A stretch of 64,000 nt of DNA from Babesia bigemina (taxonomy: Eukaryota). The first letter of the stretch is position 1, and the number at the start of each line of letters is the position of its first letter. The notes beneath the pieces are model-generated. The model did no database searches. It saw only the letters and a list, made by a program, of their open reading frames with translations, and was not told the DNA's origin. Both the position numbers and the translations under genes were made by a program. Below are positions 45,245 to 57,266 of the stretch, piece by piece. The DNA is taken from assembly GCF_000981445.1 (NCBI RefSeq), contig NC_027217.1, positions 868,001 to 932,000 on the forward strand, in the 5' to 3' direction.

Positions 45245-47597
45245 ATGAGTCACGTCACCCACCTATTTAAATGTATACTCAAAGCTAGCCTTCTGGCTCC
45301 CGCCGGCCTCCGCGCCGGGCGGAAGACGCCTTGCCTGTGTCTTTGGGTGCGCCAGAGCCGAGCGAGATTCCACGACGTTAGCGGCCATGCTTCCGCCCAG
45401 GCACCAGCAAGTAACGTCTCATGGTTGCCGCATGGAAGCCCTTTGTCGAGTGCAGGTGTGCCAGAACACGAAAACCAGGACAGATCGATATACGTGAACG
45501 AGGTCTGTATGCAGACTGACCAGCTGCTCGCACGATGTGAGGACCACGAAGACTTGCTCGTGTTGCTGGTGACCCACAGAGGTGAGGGATAGATGGTTTG
45601 CCACCTTTGACGTTGCATCAGGTGTCATGTACCTCCACAACTTGGTAACTGCGATCAGGATGCTGCAGGGGTTCGCAGAACGTGACCGCATAGAGAGGAC
45701 GCAACCAGACGCAGATGACCTGTTTGCAGGCTACAAAGAAGTTTTTAGCAGCAACGCATATTCGGCGGATTCACATGGCGATGATGGGCCCGCGCTGATG
45801 AATGTGAGCGAGGGTGCTGCGACACCGACCGATGACGCTTACCGGCAAAATGAAGTTAATGACTCCAACGAAATAACATATACAATGCAACCAAATCAGG
45901 AGAATCGCGATAATGCGCAAGTGGCAATACGCGGAACGCTTCAATACGATCCGGAAGCATTAACGGAAACCCAGCGCGGCATAGTGAAGAAGGCCACCGA
46001 GGATATTCTCACGCACTTCACGAACCCGGCCAACAGGCACTACCTCAGCTGCAGACAGCACAGCAGGCCGGTGGCTGAGGTCATAGTGAGGGACGAAAGG
46101 TACGACCTGCTGCTTCACGACCTCTATGAAAACCGCAACAAGCTCGACGTGGAGTCGGCATGCCATATCATCATAGCGCTGGACGCGCTCGAGCACAGGT
46201 ATTTCCGGCTCTATAACGGGATACTGAGGCACATCATGCGACTGCCGCTGCACCGTCTGGAGTACGATGTCGCGCACACAACCGGCAAGCTGTTGTTGAA
46301 GGCGTGTCAGTGCTACGTCAGGGCAGGATTCTACGATACGCCGCTATATTCGAAGGTATGCAGGGAGATATACAAACTGCCGATGGAGCACACCGACGGG
46401 CATGCCAGTGCCGAAATGGTTATGGATACCCTAAGGATCTTTGCCAAAGTCGACGTGTACGACCACGCGGTGTTCTCGCGGGCAGCTACGCTGCTGCCGC
46501 GGCTACCGCTTACCGTCAACGACCTCAGCCACGTTGCAGTGGCATACGCGGCGCACCACAACTACAGCAAAATGCACGACGAGGTGCTGGTCTGGATAGC
46601 CAAGCAGATACAGGAGCGGCACAACGAATTTGGCACGCTGGAGCTGGCAAGGTGCGTGCACGCATTTGCCTCCATGCGGCTATACTTCGCCCCGGCGTAC
46701 AACTGCCTCTCCCAGCGACTCATAGACGAACTCGAAACTGCCACACATGTGTATACCAAGACGCAGCTGACAATACCCCAAATGGCCATTGTGGCATACC
46801 ATGGTGCAAATTTCGCCCAGCACGCACAAGAAACTCAGGCGCTCGTGCGCAGCCTGATGACGTACCTCGAGGAGCACATCGATGCTTTGGACGAGAAGTC
46901 GGCAATCATGCTGGCCTTCGCATCATGTGCCACCAATGCCCATGGTAGGGTTCGCCGCTGAAGTAACCACATCCGCAATGCAGAGACCAACCCTTATGTG
47001 CTGTCATTCCTGCTGCGGAAGATAGGGAGCGGGACGGTGTGGGAGGAATACAAGTACCGCGTTTTCGCGATATGGCTCTACCAGGTCGTCAGGTTTCCCG
47101 AGCTAACGGTGAACATCCCGAAGAGATGTATCACTGCGGGTATGCGGGAATGGCTGCTGAGGCATGGAAATGGCACGCAATTTGGAGCTGAAATCCAGGA
47201 GATGGTGCATATACTGCAGAACGATCTAGGGGTAAGTGCGTCGCAGCCGATTTACATGACCACGCAGCTTAAGAACGTAACACCACAGTCGACTAAACGT
47301 AGGGCTTCTAACCAAGCTCCTGTTGTAGATGCGGCATACTCAGATGCCATTGAAGCAATATCGGCCCTTGAAATCAGTCTCGATGGGGGGACGTTGAAAA
47401 TCGTTGTCAACGAGACCAGTTGCCGCAACGACCCTTCGAAGCCGATAGGCGTCGACCTGCTTATCCACAACCTCCTGAAGGGATATGGAGTGCAGGTGCA
47501 CTCCGTAAACTTCCAGCATTGGCGTTCGATGACCCATGAGCTAAAGAAGTCCTACCTTCAGGATACGCTTAACGACTACTTGGCCGTGCCTCAATAA
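45245..47597 (+). CDS. RAP-domain helical-repeat RNA-binding protein, probably mitochondrial (multi-exon)
   Basis: Basic/hydrophobic N-terminus, helical repeats (LRIFAKVD, VHAFASMR) and a C-terminal RAP-like segment LKIVVNE..RNDP..PIG..LLKGYGVQVHSVNFQHW. Confidence 0.8.
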
Positions 47598-47999
47598 AAG
47601 GCGGCAGATTATGTAGGCAGCTACTGCAGCAGCTCATTGCAGTAGCGATTTACCTTTAACTCCAACACGGGCTTAGCTTGTATAATTTCGAATGCAGTGT
47701 ATCAGACAATAGTCAGCGGACTTCTAGGTGGTAGGGCGTTTACGTGGATGGGCCCTGGCGGTTTCTACATGCCAGCACCTGCATCGGTTACGCCACTGGA
47801 ATGTACATAATTCGTTCAATCCTAAATCAATTAACAGTAGCGCTACGACGCAATGTAGGCGAACACCTAGTTGGATTATGTGTCCGCCCATCGGTGCATC
47901 AGCTATCAGCAGCAATGCCGGATGAACTGCGGCATGAGACATCATGGAATTTATCTGCGTGTTCAGCGCTACATTAGGCGGTTCCTTTTAAAAGGTCTG

Positions 48000-49673
48000 T
48001 TAGATTACGTAGTGCCGGCGGGTGGTGCGTTTAATGTCGGCTTCGATGTCGAAGATGAAGGAGACGCAGTCCCGGACACGCAGGCATACCAAACGCTTTA
48101 AGCAGCGCAGACAATCACCGCCGCTCTGCTCAGTCTTACCCTTAGCGGGGGCTACGTTCCGCCACAGGGGCAAAGACGACCACGACTCGATCGATTTGCC
48201 CTGCCATTCGAGCCATGCGTAGGAGCAGGGAGCAACGCACGCCTGGTGGTACATCATAGCCCAGGGGCACAGCACCTTCAAGTTCGTCTGAAAACAGTTG
48301 CTGAACAGCGGACGGCGGTACCAGCACAAACTCAGCTTGTAGTTGTCGATCACGTCCACGTAGCGCTCCGAGCGCCGCAGCCAATTGCCATCGTCGCCCA
48401 GCAAGCCAATGGCGTGCGACATTATCACATCCCTTCGCCGAGTACTTTCGACGCACGCAGCATCGGCTGCAGCGGACGCGAAGTCGACGCCGATGAGGCC
48501 GACGTTGTGCTGTGATGGCAGGCCGGCGGACACATCATTCTTCGCAGTGGGTGACGTCACGGTGCTTGAATGTGACGAGTCGACCTCGTTCACTTGATCC
48601 ACTGGGTCAGTTTCATGGCTGCTCGCAGCATATTTGCACGTGCATGTCTCACCCTTGACAGTTTTGTTCCACGGAGTGAGGCGAACGGGGATGCTCAGGA
48701 TTCCGTACAGATACGAGTATATCAGCGTGATCACCGCCATCGTGCCGAAGTTACGGTTCTCCGACGCAGCCCTGTCGCCGCGACTGTGGTACACGTCGTT
48801 CAGAATGCGGCACACAATGCGCAACAGGTCGTTGAAACGCTTCAAAATGGAACCCAGCGGCTGCTCCCGGTGGCGCTCGCGGTAGCCGCGCATCAACAGC
48901 CACAGCGCCACCCTGCCGTAGAACCTATTGGTGTACATGCGGCGCAGGAGCGGCTCGGTGAACGCGCTGTAGCACTCTGGCTCGCACAGCACGTAGGCAA
49001 ACAGGTCGTCGAATTCGGAGGCCAAGTAGGATATCTCGGCCAAACGCCCGTTGCACTCCAGCCGAGCGTCCTCCGAATCGCCGCCAGCTGACGGCGACTT
49101 GTCGCGGTGCAGTTTTTCCAGGTGGCAAATAGCGTCCAAAAACGACTCCCGGGAACCCGGGTGAAGCAGGCCCAGGTACGGCCCGGGCAGGCAGCTGCTG
49201 TGAGGCACGTTGTGCAGGCCCACGAAAATCACATTGTCAAGGCCGAAACAGAATGACAGCAGCACCAGGCATGTCGTCTTGGGTTCCGACAGATGCAGCA
49301 GCGTTTTGCGATGAGGCAGGATCTCGAAGATGCGGAAGCTGCGGTCCAAAATGCATTCACGGACCTGCCAGTCCTTGCACAGCTGCTGATGGAAGATACA
49401 GTACAAGTTCGCACTCCGGCGGTCGCCACAGCGGCGCAGTTTGATCTCGAACTCGTCCACAGCGATCTGCCATGGTTTGCGATACGACAGCGATTGAGCG
49501 AAGGTGAACGCATCGGCGTCCGAACACGTGAACGACTCGCTGATGGTTTTGCCTATTGCGCATTTCTTACGCAGCAGCTCCACGAAGCTCTCGCCGTGCG
49601 AAGCCGACAGGAAGCGGCTGAGCTCCTCGTCGAATCCGCTGCCGGAGGCCAGAGAAGCCTCGGCGCGCGACAT
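48000..49673 (-). CDS. Hypothetical protein (about 557 aa)
   Basis: Long ORF with GC3 bias, first ATG at 49673; no motif recognised; the 3' end could be spliced. Confidence 0.65.
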   Translation of the reverse strand: MSRAEASLASGSGFDEELSRFLSASHGESFVELLRKKCAIGKTISESFTCSDADAFTFAQSLSYRKPWQIAVDEFEIKLRRCGDRRSANLYCIFHQQLCKDWQVRECILDRSFRIFEILPHRKTLLHLSEPKTTCLVLLSFCFGLDNVIFVGLHNVPHSSCLPGPYLGLLHPGSRESFLDAICHLEKLHRDKSPSAGGDSEDARLECNGRLAEISYLASEFDDLFAYVLCEPECYSAFTEPLLRRMYTNRFYGRVALWLLMRGYRERHREQPLGSILKRFNDLLRIVCRILNDVYHSRGDRAASENRNFGTMAVITLIYSYLYGILSIPVRLTPWNKTVKGETCTCKYAASSHETDPVDQVNEVDSSHSSTVTSPTAKNDVSAGLPSQHNVGLIGVDFASAAADAACVESTRRRDVIMSHAIGLLGDDGNWLRRSERYVDVIDNYKLSLCWYRRPLFSNCFQTNLKVLCPWAMMYHQACVAPCSYAWLEWQGKSIESWSSLPLWRNVAPAKGKTEQSGGDCLRCLKRLVCLRVRDCVSFIFDIEADIKRTTRRHYVI

Positions 49674-50192
49674 CGAGACTCTGCCCTGGGCGCCTAGCCG
49701 GGTCAAGGCAAAGCGAGCATCAAGGTCGTAAACGGTGCGTACAATTGAGCGAAACGTGATGCGGGTATTTCATTTCCGCCAACGGTGAGTGAGTGATGGT
49801 GGCAAAGAAGGTTAATGCGCAACGCCCGCGGAACATGTAGCGGATGGAAGGTCGAACAGTGAACTAACACATTACCTCCACATCAGTAATGCGTCTTATT
49901 TATGCGCAATGTGTGTACACTCAAACTCAAGAAGTGTCCTAAGAAGGTCTGCCATTACGTACAGCGCCAAGACTGGCGGCGCAACGTGTTATAGACACTG
50001 CAGGAGCGAGACGTAACACCACATCGGGCCATCCAGCCGGCGTATGCTGAAACTACGTGAATAAAGATTAATGCGCAGCAGCCCATAGTCAGCGGGATAC
50101 GGCAAACATCCCCAGCTGAAGACAGTGGCATACGCCACGCACGCCAACACACCCCGGATGCGACCGGAAAACCCCCCGAAGAAGCCGATCCC

Positions 50193-52010
50193 ATGCGTAT
50201 AGGCTTCCCAGGAACTGAAAGATCGGATAGACGTGCGCAAAAGACGCCGCTCGAACGGATGGTGAACGACGGCCGTCCGTGGACCACCGCGACCTACACC
50301 AAACACGACCAAGGAGACGCACATGACGCCGCACTCAACGAACTGCTGCCGCAACTGGCAAGCGGATGCCAAGTAAGGGACTCGCTATTCGACGAGGTGC
50401 TGCGAGGGCTGCAAAATGACGCGCATGTGGGAGCGAAGTTGCAGGCACTGGCCATGCTGCACAAGTCCATCCAGGCGCACAACGGCGGAGAGTACAACCT
50501 GGAAGGCAAGATACTCACGCAAGAAGACACGAATAAGCTAGCCACCGTGAAGGCGCTGGCACTCTATGTTGTCAGGCCGCTCGGGGCCGGGGCCTTCAAC
50601 GCCGACAACGCCATCAAATGCGAGTGCGCGAAGATTCTCAACGCGATCACCATGCACATGCCGTCGAAAAGCTACACGCGGCTATTCAACGGCGAAGCGC
50701 TGCGCAGTGTCATACTGCTGATGGAATACGCATGCGGCAGCCGCAACAACAGCAGGCTGGAGGACGAGATGTGGCAGGCCGCCGTCTCCATCTTCAAGAA
50801 CCTGCTCACGGTCATGGAGCTGCCGTACGATCTGGTCGATCAGACGCTGAATTGCGTGCGCGGCAAGTATGACGCGGCCTCCGCAGAGTTCTGTTACGTG
50901 CTCGTCGCCAAGGTGCTCTTGCCGAAGCTTGTCGAGAACGTGACAACCGGCGTGCGCCTGCACATGCAGACGAACCTGTCGAGCATGTGCCGACGGGCGG
51001 TGCAGTACTTCGCGGAAGTGATCGCCAACAGCAACGACTGCCAGGTGCTCAGCAAGGCATGCACAGCGCTCCTGTGCGTAGGCGAGCACCGGTTCGGAGT
51101 GGACATGCTCCTCGAGGCCAACTGCCTGCCTGGCGTGTTAAAGATCGCGCTGACTGTGGTTTACAAGCATGAGGAATTTCTCAGCACACTCAGGGACAAG
51201 GACGTCTACGACGCGGCAACGATATCGCAGATGAGGGACAGCATCACCCCGCAGATGCACCAGCTCAGCTTCGACGCAATATCGGTCATCAGCAAGATTG
51301 CGTACACCGCAAACCGCAGACAGGTCACGGCGCTGCTCGACATGGGCGCGGCAGAAGCGGTCGTCAGGATGCTCAACTGTCCCATCTCGTCAGTCGTGCT
51401 CATGACGCGGGCGGCGAACACCCTCGGCAACTTAGGGTGCGAATCGGATACCGAGGTGCAGATCATCATAGACGCGGACGCGTTGCCGACGCTAGTGAGG
51501 ACATACCGGGAGGTGCACGAGCAGAACACCAAGGTCGAGGCGGCGTACGCAATTTGCGCCTGTGCGTCCAGAGCCAACAGAAGACAGGTCGGATACATCG
51601 TCTCCTGCACCTCAAGGTCCTGTACAATAGGTATGTGTGCAGATACCCAATATGATACTCCCGCAGGTAGCAACAGCTGCATGGCGCTGATGTGTGAGGT
51701 GATCGACTTCGTCTGCAAGAACGACCCGCGAAGCGAGGGGAACATCAGGCTATGCCGAGTGGTCCTAAGCGCGCTGGAAAACATACTCAACGTCGGCAAC
51801 GTCGAGGCGAAGACACACAAGCTGCCAGACAACCCCTACGCAAGGCTGTTCCTGGATAACCACGGGGACGAAAAGCTGGCCAAAATCGCTGCCTTCCCGG
51901 ACTACCAAATCGCAAAACGTGCCATCAAACTGAGCCGGGGCTTCTTCAACACGCCACGGCTCTGGAACATCGCCGACACTGACGTCATGTACAATAAGAT
52001 ACTAATCTAA
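50193..52010 (+). CDS. Divergent importin-alpha-like armadillo-repeat protein (5' end uncertain; probable intron 51631-51666)
   Basis: TLGNLGCESDTEVQIIIDADALP, TKVEAAYAI..QVGYIV and VVLSALENILNVG..NPYARLF..GDEKL..YQIAKRA follow importin-alpha ARM8-10. Confidence 0.75.
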   Translation: MRIGFPGTERSDRRAQKTPLERMVNDGRPWTTATYTKHDQGDAHDAALNELLPQLASGCQVRDSLFDEVLRGLQNDAHVGAKLQALAMLHKSIQAHNGGEYNLEGKILTQEDTNKLATVKALALYVVRPLGAGAFNADNAIKCECAKILNAITMHMPSKSYTRLFNGEALRSVILLMEYACGSRNNSRLEDEMWQAAVSIFKNLLTVMELPYDLVDQTLNCVRGKYDAASAEFCYVLVAKVLLPKLVENVTTGVRLHMQTNLSSMCRRAVQYFAEVIANSNDCQVLSKACTALLCVGEHRFGVDMLLEANCLPGVLKIALTVVYKHEEFLSTLRDKDVYDAATISQMRDSITPQMHQLSFDAISVISKIAYTANRRQVTALLDMGAAEAVVRMLNCPISSVVLMTRAANTLGNLGCESDTEVQIIIDADALPTLVRTYREVHEQNTKVEAAYAICACASRANRRQVGYIVSCTSRSCTIGMCADTQYDTPAGSNSCMALMCEVIDFVCKNDPRSEGNIRLCRVVLSALENILNVGNVEAKTHKLPDNPYARLFLDNHGDEKLAKIAAFPDYQIAKRAIKLSRGFFNTPRLWNIADTDVMYNKILI

Positions 52011-52506
52011 TACCAAACGTATGCACATCGGCGAATTTTTTCTCCGCCGCGCGGAAAATGGTGGCTAGCGCTCTATTGGACGCCGTCTGCGCCGAAAACT
52101 GCAGCAAACGGTAAGATTCGATGGGGTGATGTGTAAAGTAGAAGTACACCGCCTAGTGTCGCAGGTCCAGTGAACACTGAACACCGACAAAAGCACATAC
52201 AAAGTAGACGACCGCTGTCCAAACGTGATTTTCGTCATCGGATCAGCAGTATCAAGTATGTAGTTTTTTCGCACTCCGACACGGAAATCACGGATGTCGG
52301 TTGCACATGTGCACACCCTTGTCCACACCCAGGCCGCATCAGAATGCGGTTCTGCGCAGCGAGCGTCACCTAAAATATCGTATTTCGGCAATACACGTAG
52401 TATCAGACGGGTACCGGCGACCGCTTCGGCCATCAACCGGTGATCCGAAACGGTGCTGGCGACCGAAGCGCAGTATACAGGGCGTGCCGTGACATAACAA
52501 CCAGCG

Positions 52507-53469
52507 ATGGGCGTACACCAGAGGACAGGGGTTGACAGCCCTGTGAACGGTGAAGCCATTGTAGGCAGCCCGGAGGACGTATTATTGCGCGACTCACATC
52601 TGTCGGAAGCATTCAAACGACTAGAGCGTTCCGAACATACTACGGTTCAGGATGCTGAGTGTGAGTCGCTATCATCGCCGCGCTGCGTTCCCATCCTCAG
52701 GGGGTGTATACATCTCCTCCTGGCCCTGATGTCGCCACTGCTGATAGTGTGGCTCATGCAAGAGGTGGTGAACGAAAACTACATTGCCGAGTACTTTATT
52801 GCGTTCGTCTGCTGCATTCTCAACTTCTCAGCCAGCGCAATGCTACACCACATGCCGTGGAATATGCAGTCGTACGACATGTGCCTGAAGCTGGACTACG
52901 CCTGTAAGTGACATGACGCACCAACCGAACAGCTGCGCGCAGGCATTTTTCTCATGATAGGAGGCTCCGCGGTGCCGTCGACATACGCAGCCGTCAGCGA
53001 CAACCTCGGCGTGCTCACAACGCTAATACAGTGGGCAGGCGTCTCTCTAGGTAAGTGTGAAATTAACGCTAATATTTACATCACTGTTTATCCCTTTGGG
53101 ACGTTGAAACCCTAATGATTGGATACATTACAAGAGCACTCATGCTTCGCAGGCGCAGTCGGAGCGCTGGCTTTCAGCTTCGTCGCCTCACCGCCGTCGT
53201 ACAGGCTACTGGTATACTTCGCGGCAGGATCGCCCTACCTGTATCACTGCTATACCCTGTACAACATCAAGTGCTTCATCGGTCTCCTCTCTGCGTGCTT
53301 GACTCTTGTAATCTACATGTCGGGAGGGATTATCTACGTCAAAGAGGCGCCAAATCCCTCACCCCACTACTTCGGATTCCACGAAATATTCCACCTATGC
53401 TGCGCAATGGCGCTAGTAACCACCTTTGTGGGAAATCACAAAATTACGAACTTCGTTAATGATATTTAA
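52507..53469 (+). CDS. Hemolysin III / PAQR family membrane protein (3 exons)
   Basis: PILRGCIH, SAMLHH..W, KLDYA|GIFLMIGGS and GGIIY..PNP.P.YFGFHEIFH motifs. Confidence 0.92.
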
Positions 53470-53794
53470 GTAGCCACCGCTGTGAAGCAGGCGCACCGAT
53501 CGCATCTACCACAAGTGAGTATCCGTAAGGATTTTGCGGGTCTGTGATAACGGCGTGACAACATGTACCACACGCGATTGGCTCACGACGCAGCCGGAGG
53601 CGAAAGACAGGCAGGACCCGAGAGCGGCCAACATCCATCCGAATAGCCGAAACGATAACAGCGCATGATACAACTCACACATATAATGCGTGCAAATTCT
53701 TAACATGACACTGCGAAGGCGAAGCCTGCGATGTGAGGACACTAGGTCATCAAAATCTAAAAGGCATACACAGCCGCAAGCTCGACCAATCTTC

Positions 53795-55237
53795 TCAAAC
53801 CAAAATCTTGGTACGGATGTCGGTAGTGAAGACATCACGCAACGTCTTACCGGCTCCAATGATACCCAACTTAAGCCAGTAGAAGAAAGCCCTGACCTCA
53901 CTCATGTCCTCAGTCGGCCACGGCAGACCAGAATCCAGACCCCTCTTGGCAGCACGGACAGCCCTCAGGTAACCAGAAGCAATGAACTTAGTAGTGACCA
54001 GAGTAACCATGACACTGGTACCGAGGAAAGCCATAGCCTGACCGGCACCTTTACCATCTCCAGGCTTGCCGAAATTCATGTTAGCGAAGGCACCACCAAA
54101 ACCAGCAGTCTTCAACAAACCACCGATGAGGAAGTAGGCCACGGTGAGAATGAAAACCACATTGGGCTTCATGTAGATCATGCTACCAATAAAGCTCTTG
54201 GGGTGGTGCATGACGTAGATGAACAGCCAGAAAAGGAAGAAGTAAGGGACAAAGAGGAACGGAGACGCATTGTAAAAGGCGTTGCTGTTCTTGGCATCCC
54301 ACGCTTTACCCAAATTGCAATACTCCTTCAAGAGCACACCAGCGACACCAACGAGAGCGTTCAGGTAAAGGCACGCCCTAATAACATTCTGCGCTTTGTC
54401 GGGGGTGACAATGGAGAAAGGCGCGATACTTGGGTAAACACAGAACTGGGTACCCAGACTACCGCAAACCAAGAAAATGTTAATCATACCACTCTGCAAA
54501 GCATTCACGAAATCGGGACCTTTACCCCTACGGCAACCGTAATTGGGCTTAGGAGGTCCGAACTTGTCGAAAATGACGAAGATGGTCCACAGAATACCAG
54601 CAACCATAGAAAGCAGAGTGACGAAAAGAATCTGCCAGTAGATGGTCCAGTAGTGCACATCCGAGGTCGGGGAGATAAACTTCGGCACCACGGCGTGGAC
54701 AAAGTTAACGCAGAAACCATTGAACGCCTGACCAAGAGCGAAGTACAAACCCAAACCAACGGTAATTTGACGAACGGGCGTATCAAGAGCACCGAACAAA
54801 TATCCAGAGAACGCAAGAGTCCAGTAGTACGCCGTCAGGTTGGAGTCACCAATACTCGTAGCACACAGCAGCAGAAGCCTCGTGTTAAGCATGGTAATGA
54901 AAACACAAAGAACCATAGAGTACGTCCCATTAATGTAAATCCAATACTGTTGGTATTTTTCACCCAAAGTAAGACTCAGAATTGTCGACGTCAAAGAACC
55001 CATAAGACAGAAGAGCTGCTGGAAAGAGTAAGTAATACCCAAGAAGGCACCGATACTCTCCGGACCGAGACCGAAACGCCTAACCGAGAAAGCGGCACCG
55101 GCCACGGTGATATGCAGCGGTTGCATGATACTAATACCCATGATCAAAACAACGACCTTCTCGAACGTGCCTGTTTTGAAAAGGACCTTGAATTTGGCAT
55201 GCCACGCGGGCTTGTAAACATCGCTCAACTCAGCCAT
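53795..55237 (-). CDS. Tpr/Tar-related multi-pass membrane protein (equilibrative nucleoside transporter-like)
   Basis: About 11 hydrophobic segments; YPSIAPF. The C-terminal WPTEDMS..AFFYW..A..LRDVFTTDIR resembles the piroplasm Tpr-family terminus. First ATG is 55237. Confidence 0.75.
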   Translation of the reverse strand: MAELSDVYKPAWHAKFKVLFKTGTFEKVVVLIMGISIMQPLHITVAGAAFSVRRFGLGPESIGAFLGITYSFQQLFCLMGSLTSTILSLTLGEKYQQYWIYINGTYSMVLCVFITMLNTRLLLLCATSIGDSNLTAYYWTLAFSGYLFGALDTPVRQITVGLGLYFALGQAFNGFCVNFVHAVVPKFISPTSDVHYWTIYWQILFVTLLSMVAGILWTIFVIFDKFGPPKPNYGCRRGKGPDFVNALQSGMINIFLVCGSLGTQFCVYPSIAPFSIVTPDKAQNVIRACLYLNALVGVAGVLLKEYCNLGKAWDAKNSNAFYNASPFLFVPYFFLFWLFIYVMHHPKSFIGSMIYMKPNVVFILTVAYFLIGGLLKTAGFGGAFANMNFGKPGDGKGAGQAMAFLGTSVMVTLVTTKFIASGYLRAVRAAKRGLDSGLPWPTEDMSEVRAFFYWLKLGIIGAGKTLRDVFTTDIRTKILV

Positions 55238-57266
55238 GGTTACCAAAGCAACAACTCAAAACCTCAATCCACTTGCATATAAGAACTTGAAAAGTGTTCC
55301 TGTCGCTCCGATACTCCTCTTGGTAACGAGCGATATAAGGGACGACCTTCAAACTTCGGGACGTCGAACTGATGGAAGAAAGTACCTGCAAACAACGCTT
55401 TGTGCAGGCTAAATACAAGAGTCTTCAGACGCGTAGAAATATCCAAATGTTATATGGAATACGTGCCGACAGCTATGGCAGGCGTACTCCAGAACGGCAG
55501 CGAACTGACCCACCCGCCGGAAACACGATATCCCGTGGCCGCGGAGAGGTGTATAATTATACACCTAAAATATGCGAAAACGTAACCACGACCACCGTAA
55601 TGCTTCCTACTGTGACCAGGAATGCCTGCCCGAGCTACGTCCCACGGTCAACGCAGACATGCAGAGCCAGAACCGGATCTGGATGGGTCATGCAGCCCGC
55701 GTCGTGACGTGGGAAGTATGGTGCCGTTTCACAGCGCAGATACAGCCAAATAAAGCTGCTGTTTAGTAAATATTGCTATAAAGAAGACTTGTATAATTTT
55801 TGGCTATATGCCATATACCAGGGAATGCCGTTTTTGGTTGAAGAAGGCATGCCCGGCGGCTATGTGAAGCCCTACAACATCCAGATATAAAAAAGACAGT
55901 AACATCATTTTATTGAAAAATAATTGCAATACATTATTATTGCGATTCCGGAGTTGTGTTACATGTGATTACAGCAGTACCTATATGTTCGTAGATAGAG
56001 CCGCGTAGCATGCAAGGCTTCTACGCATCAAATATGGGCTCGAATTGACTTTATCGCCCATTAGTCTGTATTTGTAGCTCTATATTTTCACTATGTTCCA
56101 ACGGCAAGTCTATAATTGTGTTTTTCCGCGTCCCGACGGACGGTTATGTGTCGCCTTCCATGCTTACCAGCCGGCGCTGTGTCCGCAACGTTTTTGTTAG
56201 TTATTTAGGGACCGACATTTGAGCTGACGGCCTTTTGTGTTTAGAATTGCCGATGTGTGTTCCAAGGCTGCGTTTAGGCGCTACTCTGCCGCCGTTTTCG
56301 GTAGCGGTTTTTGCCACTGCTGTCGCGTTGCAAAGTGATTGTAGGCGATTCCACGGCTGCATGATTCTTAGCATTAATCGGTGTTACTATGCCTTCTCTG
56401 GGGGTCTACTATTAGTCATGTATCGAGGTTGTGACCGTCACTGCGGTCTCGGCCGCAAGATGTTGATGTTGCTATGACAGTTTAGATTCGAGCTTTCTAA
56501 GCACGAAAGTGACACGGTGCAGACTAATACGGCCCTTAGAGTCATTAGGTTCTTTTTATTATGCCAAATTGTAAATCTAAACGTGTTATTCACTTGCTTC
56601 ATTAGGGCAGTTACCTATATGAACGGTGTCGCGGCTTATACATTTTGGTTCTTCGGAATATACTTATCAGAGGCATCCGTGACAACACGGTGCTGTTGTT
56701 GCCATTCGAAGTGGTGGTGTAAACATCGTTGCCTAGTAGAGTGGCATGTTGTGCTTATGGAGGATACGCTCCGAATGGGCACATTACATGCCGCGAACAC
56801 TGACTACCTCAACTTGTTAATAGACATGGTGGTTGTTGAAAGGTTACAGAAATGTTTGTGTTGCCATGTATATAAGCGTCAACCAATAAGGTAATACCTT
56901 CTGGTTTCCACGGGTCATGGATCGCCGACTTACCACCACATATAACAAGTATCGACCCTTTTCATACGTAATTAGGCGGCGGATAGCATTAGCAAATAAT
57001 AATATTGGTGGCAGAAACTAAAATTCAGATGGTTTGCAAAGCGGCTGCCCTGTAAAGTGAATAGAAATGTACCACTAACAACATGAACAAAACGAAACAC
57101 AATTACACGTTAGAATTGTTAACTCCTTTGCATCGCTTACGAAAAAACGTGAAGTGCTTATACAGAAAATAATCCCCTGCGGGTAGCCGGCCGGAGAATC
57201 CGCATCGGGAATTGTGCGTTCCATGGCGGTTACTCTTGTTGGCAAAAATATTGTTCGGTCGTGACC

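Noticed and set aside
55790..55805. AATTTTTTGG, Sm-site-like sequence
   Set aside because: No flanking U1, U2, U4 or U5 signature sequences; expected by chance in AT-rich intergenic DNA.
55964..55973. TGTGATTACA matching a TGTRNNYACA-type palindrome
   Set aside because: Single occurrence; a few are expected by chance in 64 kb.
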